This document shows, piece after piece, positions 7,348 through 15,285 of a DNA stretch of 64,000 nt (the stretch's first letter is position 1; every line of letters starts with the position of its first letter). The notes beneath the pieces are model-generated. The model worked only from the letters and a program-made list of their open reading frames with translations, was not told where the DNA came from and ran no database searches. Origin of the DNA: Alistipes sp. (GTDB lineage Bacteria > Bacteroidota > Bacteroidia > Bacteroidales > Rikenellaceae). The stretch lies in NCBI GenBank assembly GCA_017504485.1, contig JAFVRC010000001.1, forward strand, positions 18,928-82,927, written 5' to 3'. Both the position numbers and the translations under genes were made by a program.

Positions 7348-10185
7348 CTAACTTGCAATCCTCTTATGCGATTTCCAGTGCTTCTTCACTGCTGTTGGAT
7401 GATGTCCCCACAACCAATCCTCAAACCTACAGCAATCCTCTTCGGACAAATTGTTCTTAATCTTGAACAATGCAGCGTGGCGTGCTCCCTCCATAGGTGA
7501 TGCTGCCGCCTCTTCATACAACTTAATCGCCTTATCAAGACTCCACCATCTTCTATTGCTATTCACACTCACCTCAATCTCCTTCGCATCAAACTTCTTC
7601 TTGGTATAATCACACACAACCGAAATCAAATACTGAAGCAAATCCACTTCACTCTGCTCAATGCTATACACATTACCTTCGTTGATATATCTCTTTCGCC
7701 AATCATCCTGATTAACATAACTACCCAAACCGTGCTGCTTATCCTCATAAGCACAAAAAGTAGAGCGAAGTGCTTTCAGAACTTTCAAGTTATTATCTCC
7801 CTCAATCCTTACAGGGTGAGCCAACGGGATAATCACTCTGAACTTGTTCCAATTGCTGTTAGTATTAGAGATGGTCGGATACGCTAACCACTTCCAACCA
7901 CCATATAGTTTCTTGAACTCATCAAACAACAAACTATCGTCAATGTCAATAATCAAACAACCAACCTCATTGACCTCACTCTTGTTATGCCTATACTCAT
8001 TAGTGGTATCACGGTAAAACTCACTAATCTGCAACTGCTCATAGTTCTTGATATTATCCCATCGTTCGCTGTCAGATTTGCAGTTCTTCACCTGATATAA
8101 ACGATTTGACTTATCCTTATTCACCCAGTCATATAAATGGATGCCCGTAAGTGATGGTATCTTCACAGAGAGATTATTCAACTCAATAGTTCTTGCATAA
8201 CGATGTCCATCTGCCTTTGTTCCTGTCCCATAACTGACTTTTATTGGTTTATATACCAAATCTATCCTTTTTTCGGTCAGTGGTTCTATATATATATTAG
8301 TGTCCGAAAAAAGGATATTTTTGGTAGTATTATTAGTAACACTAAAAGCATCTCCTCCAATGATACACCATTGATGAGCAGAATCTTTATTACCTACCTT
8401 CCAACAGAACATCAAACAACCAAACACTTCCTTCATATAAAGAGGTAGTAGTCCATAGTCCAACTCGCCTGACAGCACCTCTGGATAATTCTCCTTTATG
8501 TATCTCAAACAATTCATTAGATAACTTGCTTTATAAATGCCTCCATCATCAAATCCAAAAGCAGCATACCTATCATTCTTGCTCATCTCATCAATCGCAG
8601 TCTTGTTCTTTCTACCTTCTACTACTTCATCAATATCCACTAAATTAAATACAGTATCCCTTGCAGGGACAACGACCTTACCGCTCCTATTCCTCGTAAC
8701 TCCATACTTTTTAATGTAGTCCTTAATCTTATTCACACGCACATATTCCTTCCAACTCACTTCCTCTCCGTTAGCAATCTTCGTGAATGCTACTCTATAC
8801 GCCATATTGGGTTCTACTGTATAATCAGGTAGTTCTCCAATTGGTTTTGCTTTATTCACTCGCTTACCATTCTCTTCCTTTGTATCCACCACATATCCGC
8901 TATTTCTCAACTTCTTAATCAGTTTCTCTACTGAGCTCCAATACTCCAAACGCTCCAAAGCATCGTGGCAATACAAATTATTCAATTTCTCCTCAATACA
9001 CGCAGCATTCATTATCCATCTATCTCCAAATGCTTTCAGTTTATCTTCAGTCATTTTCAACATATCCATCAACGACTTATACTCTGCATCATTCTTCTTC
9101 TCCTTAACATACATAAGATGGATACTACTCATACTCTCACCACAATACTCCCTGAATCTACCCAATATCTGCTTTATATCACGCATACCAATCGCACCTC
9201 TCACAGTTGAATTACCGCCGATGATAATCACCTTATCCACCACGCCATCAATATCGTGTCCTGTAAAGTAAGCACTTGTCAAGAAATGCACCTTCTTCTC
9301 TGGGTTATAACTCTTTGAGTAGTAATCACCACACACCTTCTTTTTGGATTCGGAGCACAATATCTCACAGTCATCTGTTCCAATTGCGTTCAGTATCTTG
9401 GTTATCTTCGCTACATTGTTATAGAATATGTATATCTGCTGGTTCATATTAATGAACATCTTGACCAACCCCTCCAACTCACTCATATTGGGCGAATATA
9501 TACTCATACGCTTGGTCATACATCTATCCTTATACACTACATTAATTGATACAAGTTGCTTTGTATCACGAAGCACACTACGCAGAGCATCAATATAACC
9601 ATAATGTGGAGTCGCTGACATCAATGTAACAGATAAGTTGGTCTTGATAATAAGTTCGGTCAGTTCAGCCATAATACTTCTGAATTTACTTTCATCTACC
9701 AGCTTGTGATACTCATCCACGAATATCGCTCTACCTCGCCAGAAATCATTGCTGAATATATCACCTGCAAATCCGAAATCACGGAGATTTGCAAGCAATC
9801 TCTTAAACTGGTCATAAGTCGCTATGACAATCTTCGCTTCCCAATCAATCTTATCCACACCACCATATACGCAGCAGATATCTGGGTCATCCTTATACTT
9901 CTCTTCCTTACCCTTGGAGATACTCACATTTGGGACAAGAATCAATCCACCAGTGTTGTGTCTCTTTAGATAATCAACAATACCACTGGTGCCACCATTA
10001 CCACACTCTGCTTTATTCAGCACAGTGATGCGGTTCTTCACCATCATCATCTCATAGTGTTTGTCCTTCAATATTGGACCGGCATCTCTACCATCTACTT
10101 TCTCCACCACTTCATTTAGGTAGAACAATCTTCCATTTCCATAGACTTCATAATCAAAGTCAAATAATCCACTATCCATATTCAC
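7348..10185 (-). CDS. SF2 helicase fused to a primase-polymerase-like C-terminal domain (putative replicase)
   Basis: CGNGGTS, LVPN, TYD, DEYH, MSATP, TSAYFTGHDI and QILGRFR helicase motifs; C-terminal IIDIDD, YPTIS and KFRVIIPL primase-like motifs. Confidence 0.75.
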   Translation of the reverse strand: MNMDSGLFDFDYEVYGNGRLFYLNEVVEKVDGRDAGPILKDKHYEMMMVKNRITVLNKAECGNGGTSGIVDYLKRHNTGGLILVPNVSISKGKEEKYKDDPDICCVYGGVDKIDWEAKIVIATYDQFKRLLANLRDFGFAGDIFSNDFWRGRAIFVDEYHKLVDESKFRSIMAELTELIIKTNLSVTLMSATPHYGYIDALRSVLRDTKQLVSINVVYKDRCMTKRMSIYSPNMSELEGLVKMFINMNQQIYIFYNNVAKITKILNAIGTDDCEILCSESKKKVCGDYYSKSYNPEKKVHFLTSAYFTGHDIDGVVDKVIIIGGNSTVRGAIGMRDIKQILGRFREYCGESMSSIHLMYVKEKKNDAEYKSLMDMLKMTEDKLKAFGDRWIMNAACIEEKLNNLYCHDALERLEYWSSVEKLIKKLRNSGYVVDTKEENGKRVNKAKPIGELPDYTVEPNMAYRVAFTKIANGEEVSWKEYVRVNKIKDYIKKYGVTRNRSGKVVVPARDTVFNLVDIDEVVEGRKNKTAIDEMSKNDRYAAFGFDDGGIYKASYLMNCLRYIKENYPEVLSGELDYGLLPLYMKEVFGCLMFCWKVGNKDSAHQWCIIGGDAFSVTNNTTKNILFSDTNIYIEPLTEKRIDLVYKPIKVSYGTGTKADGHRYARTIELNNLSVKIPSLTGIHLYDWVNKDKSNRLYQVKNCKSDSERWDNIKNYEQLQISEFYRDTTNEYRHNKSEVNEVGCLIIDIDDSLLFDEFKKLYGGWKWLAYPTISNTNSNWNKFRVIIPLAHPVRIEGDNNLKVLKALRSTFCAYEDKQHGLGSYVNQDDWRKRYINEGNVYSIEQSEVDLLQYLISVVCDYTKKKFDAKEIEVSVNSNRRWWSLDKAIKLYEEAAASPMEGARHAALFKIKNNLSEEDCCRFEDWLWGHHPTAVKKHWKSHKRIAS

Positions 10186-10191
10186 TAAAAT

Positions 10192-10409
10192 AAAAAAGAC
10201 TGACCAACCTACTCTCCCTAAAGTGGCGGTGGGATTTCGGTTGAACAGTCTATATATATCATTACACTCCGCTAATTAATCCGCCACTATTAATTAACTA
10301 CAAATAAAAAATAACAAAGAATTTCCCTTTTTACATTATTATTTATGCATAGTCAAAAGAAATGAACGACCTGTTCCCAAAAGTGGCGGTGGGATCCAAA
10401 TCGCTCATT
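10192..10409 (-). promoter_or_regulatory. Three-hairpin leader with complementary loops (candidate attenuator)
   Basis: Hairpins at 10361-10409 and 10198-10250 with CCGCCACU loops; hairpin at 10271-10298 with AGUGGCGG loop. Confidence 0.65.
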
Positions 10410-10436
10410 GTTGTGATACGGATAATTGAATTATAA

Positions 10437-10457
10437 CTATATTAAATATAACAAATT
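10437..10457 (-). promoter_or_regulatory. Element-specific 21-bp promoter/operator, copy 2
   Basis: Identical to 5210-5230; just upstream of the replicase leader. Confidence 0.55.
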
Positions 10458-10563
10458 ATTTTTCTTTTGATTAAGTCCGAAATATCGAGTGTTGAATAAT
10501 CCAGCAACCACCATAAATACCTTAACGGGAGCAATCTCGATATACAATCAAAATCTGATAGAA

Positions 10564-10815
10564 ATGGAAAAAGAAAAATTAACAGACGAGAAAGTTGTTG
10601 ATGATGGTCGCAGACCTTACAACATCCTTAACTTCCAAGACTTCGTGCTTGAAGAAGGCAAAAAGAACAAGGAAGAAACCAAGAAGAGTAAAAAACTGGT
10701 AAAGAACTGCAAAGAGTTTATAGAGGATAAGGGAGATGATGTTTTTGACCCTAACGAATGCCCAGAACGCTTCATAAAAATTCGTGAGCAGTTCATAAAG
10801 GAGGACTATAAATAG
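10564..10815 (+). CDS. Small charged hypothetical protein
   Basis: ORF 10489..10815; ATG near 10564 (MEKEKLTDE) is the likelier start; followed by hairpins. Confidence 0.55.
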   Translation: MEKEKLTDEKVVDDGRRPYNILNFQDFVLEEGKKNKEETKKSKKLVKNCKEFIEDKGDDVFDPNECPERFIKIREQFIKEDYK

Positions 10816-11013
10816 AGGGTGCTTGCAGGAAAACAAGCCCCTTTTTACTATCCATTTTTCCAGATTGACCACCCTTCAAAAGAGGGTGGTTTTTCTTTGC
10901 CAAAAGGTATTGCCTATGTTGATAAGATGCTACACTACTGATTTGACAACCACTATAATAGGGTTGTTTATTTTTGGACCGCTGGGAAATAATTATTATT
11001 TTTGTCTAAATAA

Positions 11014-12312
11014 TTGATAACATACAGCACTATGGCAAAACGCTCATTTACTTATAGGTTCAAGGTTTCTGCAACTAACGAAGGATATGATCGCTCGCGG
11101 CTAAATAGACCTCGATATTATGTCTCAGATGAAATAATCTTCACTTTTAGCCAAGAGGTGGAGAAATTCGTGGAGTGTGATAATGGAACATTCGTGATAA
11201 AGGAATATGATGTTCGCTTCCGTCATCCTATCACCTTAAAGAAGAATATAGATGTGCTTCGTTATCAACTACGAAATAATGTCCGCCATTATCTTGATTA
11301 TTGTGAAGTAGATAAACAGGATGCCTGTATCGTTGAATACGAACTTCTCCGCGAGGATAAATTCTCTAAAAACGAGTTTATCTCGGATAAATTTCGTCAA
11401 GAGGTCGAATTAATGGTAAGTGCTATCAATGCTATCGAAAAGAATCCATTAATCAACCATAACGATGAACTCGTTGCAATGCATTTTGATATATCACTTA
11501 ACTATGTGTCGTCGGAAATATTTTCTATACTCAATAAGAGAGCAACGAGCGATAGCCCAGGAGATGCTCGCAAATATCTAAAGGGTTTTATAACCGCATT
11601 ATTTCGTCTGATACCAAAGGATGTCATAAAGAAATATGACACACTTTATGAGACGAGGGAGAAGGTGAGATTAAAGAATACTGCTCGCGATAAAGAAAGT
11701 GGCGACATAATATGTAGTATTTCACCAGAAAAGAGGAAAACCTATGGAGGAAAAGCCTTTGCTCTTGTGAGCAGACTTATTCATAAGGACTTAAAACAGG
11801 AAATTGGTCATATAATCAATTGTGTCTATAAAGGTCAGAAGTTCTGCTTTGAGTCTTTTGCAAGTTGGAAGAAAGCCATTATCGCATTTTTAGAAATAGA
11901 TGAGTGTTCAACAACCAGTGAGGATGGCAAAACGAAGGATTCTATCCTAAACGAGATAATATCTGATAAGCGATATAAAAGGGCGGTTGAAAAATGTCTT
12001 TCAACCATTGACGACTATTACCACATAAGGGAGATAAAGAATGGGGACGAATCGTCTGCTGTTTTCTACGCATTTCTAACTGTTTGTCCTTCCATATATC
12101 TCAACAATAAATACAAGAGAAGCGGATCTGGCTCAAAGGGAGATAAAGTATTCAATAAGATGGAATTTAAGAACTTATGTCTCCAATATTTTGGTTTGAA
12201 GCCTAATCAATTTAAGCCGTGCAAGTGTGAAGAATTCATAGAAAAAATGTTAAATAGTTATGATGATAAACTCAAGGTGTGGAACGAAATAGAATCTTCA
12301 TATATAGATTAA
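11014..12312 (+). CDS. Hypothetical protein (orphan, 432 aa)
   Basis: Long ORF in AT-rich DNA; no motif recognised. Confidence 0.7.
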   Translation: MITYSTMAKRSFTYRFKVSATNEGYDRSRLNRPRYYVSDEIIFTFSQEVEKFVECDNGTFVIKEYDVRFRHPITLKKNIDVLRYQLRNNVRHYLDYCEVDKQDACIVEYELLREDKFSKNEFISDKFRQEVELMVSAINAIEKNPLINHNDELVAMHFDISLNYVSSEIFSILNKRATSDSPGDARKYLKGFITALFRLIPKDVIKKYDTLYETREKVRLKNTARDKESGDIICSISPEKRKTYGGKAFALVSRLIHKDLKQEIGHIINCVYKGQKFCFESFASWKKAIIAFLEIDECSTTSEDGKTKDSILNEIISDKRYKRAVEKCLSTIDDYYHIREIKNGDESSAVFYAFLTVCPSIYLNNKYKRSGSGSKGDKVFNKMEFKNLCLQYFGLKPNQFKPCKCEEFIEKMLNSYDDKLKVWNEIESSYID

Positions 12313-12451
12313 GTAAAATTCCCCTAAAACACACAAAAAAATCCCTAGGGGAATTTCCCCTGCTCTAATCTCAACCCCCTGACATACAGGGGGTTTTGCT
12401 TTATATACCGTTTCGTTTATTACACTTGTTGGGGAGCGTTTTTTTTGCTAT

Positions 12452-12459
12452 TATATTTG
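12452..12459 (+). promoter_or_regulatory. -7 promoter box for the rightward accessory operon
   Basis: TATATTTG matches TAnnTTTG. Confidence 0.55.
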
Positions 12460-12514
12460 TATTGTGAAATTTAAGAAAACATATAAAACAAAAGAAACTA
12501 ACAATTATATGACA

Positions 12515-12769
12515 TTGAGTTTACCCCCATCCCCAGGGCAATAAAGACCCGACGCTGACACGCAACGATAGTGTGATGAAGGCGACCAACACAACGGAAA
12601 TAGTTCGCGAATATTTCTCGTTGTCCGCTGCGAAAGCAGTAATACTTTATATCTGACTTTACTCTAAAGTCAGAGGTATAAAATCTATAAAAATATAATA
12701 ATGTTATCTGGGCAGAACTGCCCCGACAGGGAGGACTATATCCTTGCTGACAGGGGAAACTACGCTCAA
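12515..12769 (+). ncRNA. Candidate structured RNA / long leader
   Basis: 5' TTGAG-TTTACCCC pairs with 3' GGGGAAAC...CTCAA and encloses five or more hairpins, one with a GAAA tetraloop. Confidence 0.5.
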
Positions 12770-12877
12770 AAGGAATTGAAACAATAATTAAAACTCACGC
12801 CGAGAGGATAAACACTGGCACTTTATAAAGATGAGAAGAAATAACGCACGCTCCAAGAGAGTAGCAAATAAGAAGAA

Positions 12878-13138
12878 GTGGCAAACCGCCAAAAGAATCA
12901 AAACCGTAGAACTGGGTCTAACCCATCAAGAGCAATGTATGGACATCTAACTTGGATTGACCAGATGTATATCGGCAAGACCTATACAGTTGGTGAAGTG
13001 GCAGCATTCGCTATGGGATACGATGAGACTAATTGTCCCGCATCTGCAAGAGAAGGTTCAAAGGATATGGTATATATCGGTGGCGGAGTGTATGCATCGT
13101 TAGCGACCGCAAAATCTATGGGTATTAATATTAGATAG
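12878..13138 (+). CDS. Small hypothetical protein
   Basis: 86-aa ORF, start uncertain; overlapped by a 39-aa basic ORF at 12831-12950. Confidence 0.5.
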   Translation: MANRQKNQNRRTGSNPSRAMYGHLTWIDQMYIGKTYTVGEVAAFAMGYDETNCPASAREGSKDMVYIGGGVYASLATAKSMGINIR

Positions 13139-13165
13139 TATAAACAATTAAACAATAGTAATTAT

Positions 13166-13849
13166 ATGATAGTTCGAGAGATGCCAAATATGGCGATTAT
13201 TAAGGAGTTAAAGTCGATTGATGATATTATGTTGTCTCGTCGTTCGGGATATATGAAGAAGTTTGCAAAGAAACTTAAAAGCAATGCTTATAAGCATAAC
13301 GATGTTTTGGATGTGAGAGAATACGAGATAAATGGTAATAAGGTTCTTGTTTGTTTTCAAAAATTGGTTTTCACAGATAAGTTGTCAGATTTGGGTGTAA
13401 GCACAATGGTTATCACGGAAGATAATGGAGCATTCATTCCATCTGTGGATGAGTTGGGAAACTTCACTTTTTGTCATATCACCAATCACGCCATTGATAG
13501 AATGTGGCAGAGAATGGGATTAACAATAAATGATTTCTTTGTGAATGAATATGTGATAAACGCAGACACTACACTACATCCTATAAAATATGACGAATAT
13601 GGATATGATGATTCAACCTACACTATTGCTATTGGAAGATGCTTTTTCATTGTCTGCGAAAGCGGTAATAATATTGTAGTTAAGACCGTCATTGATTGGG
13701 ATCATCTACATTCAAATCAAATGAGGTTGTATATTGATTCAAAGAGAGGTGCTGATAAGTATGCATACAAAATGTATGAAATGGCGGCTGATAGCCTTAA
13801 AAGAACTGGGTTTAAGAAGACGAGTGATTTTATTAAAATGTGTGCTTAA
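13166..13849 (+). CDS. Hypothetical protein with HAxxRxxxR motif
   Basis: ITNHAIDRMWQRMG and terminal IVVKTVI strand, reminiscent of DUF4258/RelE-like folds. Confidence 0.65.
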   Translation: MIVREMPNMAIIKELKSIDDIMLSRRSGYMKKFAKKLKSNAYKHNDVLDVREYEINGNKVLVCFQKLVFTDKLSDLGVSTMVITEDNGAFIPSVDELGNFTFCHITNHAIDRMWQRMGLTINDFFVNEYVINADTTLHPIKYDEYGYDDSTYTIAIGRCFFIVCESGNNIVVKTVIDWDHLHSNQMRLYIDSKRGADKYAYKMYEMAADSLKRTGFKKTSDFIKMCA

Positions 13850-13983
13850 TCAAGTTGTATGACTGATAGCCAATAAGTTAAATGAATTAGGTGAAAATAT
13901 TTTGAAAAAAGTTGTAAAAAAATGAAAATCCGCTCAACCCTTTGTTATGTTTGATTGTGAAGACTTTTCAAAGGGAAGAGCAA

Positions 13984-14376
13984 ATGAAGAATTTAGAATT
14001 AATATCTATGAGTAACATTGGTATTCCAGCGAATGCAGACAACAAGGTTGTGGCTGGTGAAAATGCAAAGAGCATCTATGCGGTAGTAGAAGTTTTTTAT
14101 ACGTCCATAGCAGGTAGGGAGTATGGTTGTGAATATATTTTTAATGATTTGGTAGATGCTAAAAAGTATGTTCAGGAGAGGTTAGAATCTTATTTGGAAT
14201 GGACGATAGTATATCACGAATGTGATCCAACCGACCAGGAGGAGATGGATGAGTTCAATGAAGACCTTGAATTCACATTTGATGATGAGGATATGGTATA
14301 TGGTTATTATCCTTTTGGTGGAGATAAGAACTTTTTGGAGTTTCATATTAAAGAAGTAGAAATGTTTAATAAATAG
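13984..14376 (+). CDS. Acidic hypothetical protein
   Basis: D/E-rich C-terminal half; start 13984 or 14008. Confidence 0.65.
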   Translation: MKNLELISMSNIGIPANADNKVVAGENAKSIYAVVEVFYTSIAGREYGCEYIFNDLVDAKKYVQERLESYLEWTIVYHECDPTDQEEMDEFNEDLEFTFDDEDMVYGYYPFGGDKNFLEFHIKEVEMFNK

Positions 14377-14388
14377 GAGGATATAGAT

Positions 14389-14766
14389 ATGAGTAAGACA
14401 ATTTCAAGACCAGATGCTGCAACTGGCACAACAACAGTAGAAAAGGTAATGACAGAAGAAATCCTTAAAGGATTTGTAGAAGAAGTAACTCAAAACCGCA
14501 TTGATATTGAGATTGATGTTCTTTTGGACAGTGTTGACGAAGATATTCCTATGGATGATTGCTTGGATTTTCTGTGGTCAGAAGACATTCTATTTAATGA
14601 AGATTCATATGATATGATTTTAGAGGATATAGATGCTGCACTTTGTGATGAAGGGTATAATATTAACATTTGTGAGTGGTGTAAGGAGAACGATATTGAC
14701 CTTAAAGATATGATTTATGAGGTAGCAGAACAAATCTTTGAAGATAGGAGATATGAATATGAATAA
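14389..14766 (+). CDS. Very acidic hypothetical protein (DNA-mimic candidate)
   Basis: About 37 D/E versus 9 K/R in 125 aa (hand count); AGGAG upstream. Confidence 0.7.
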   Translation: MSKTISRPDAATGTTTVEKVMTEEILKGFVEEVTQNRIDIEIDVLLDSVDEDIPMDDCLDFLWSEDILFNEDSYDMILEDIDAALCDEGYNINICEWCKENDIDLKDMIYEVAEQIFEDRRYEYE

Positions 14767-14936
14767 AAATTGGTATGTAGAAATATATTTTTCCACACCC
14801 TGATACCTTGAGGGGTATCGCCGTTATTCGCCAAAAAGAGCACGGCGTCGTGAGATGTAGAGTGCAAAATAAAACGCCGTAATACAGGTTTATGTTTTTC
14901 ATTTTAATTGATTATTAGCAGGTGAAACTGCTGACA

Positions 14937-14966
14937 GCCGCCAGTTTGGTTTGGTGGCTATTTTTT
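14937..14966 (+). terminator. Terminator of the accessory operon
   Basis: AGCCGCCA...TGGTGGCT stem then ATTTTTT. Confidence 0.6.
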
Positions 14967-15188
14967 GGGGACCGACGAGAAAATTTTATTATTTTTGTAA
15001 GCAATAGCACCAAAATAATCGGCTAAAATAAATATCTACAATATCTATTCAACAGCAATGTGATATCAAGATATGGAGAAGAGAGAGAAGAGGGAGAAAA
15101 TACCACTATTCTCTCCCTCAATACCTAACTTACAACTCGATTGTGTTTATTAAATATCTAATATCTGCACATTGTTCCTTATTTTGTA

Positions 15189-15228
15189 GATATACCTTCC
15201 AATCCAAGTTGAAATAGGAAGGTATATC
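15189..15228 (-). terminator. Hairpin downstream of the giant lipoprotein gene
   Basis: GATATACCTTCC...GGAAGGTATATC 12-bp inverted repeat. Confidence 0.6.
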
Positions 15229-15285
15229 AAACTCTACATTATGCAGATATTGTGTTTTTGTCCAATGCTTTTGTTTAAGTTAATT

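Noticed and set aside
12733-12745. Group I intron S-like motif (AAGGATATAGTCC on the minus strand)
   Set aside because: No matching R element or interrupted gene; the sequence fits a local plus-strand hairpin
14759-14803. ORF coupled to the stop of the acidic protein
   Set aside because: Ends after 14 codons; no supporting evidence
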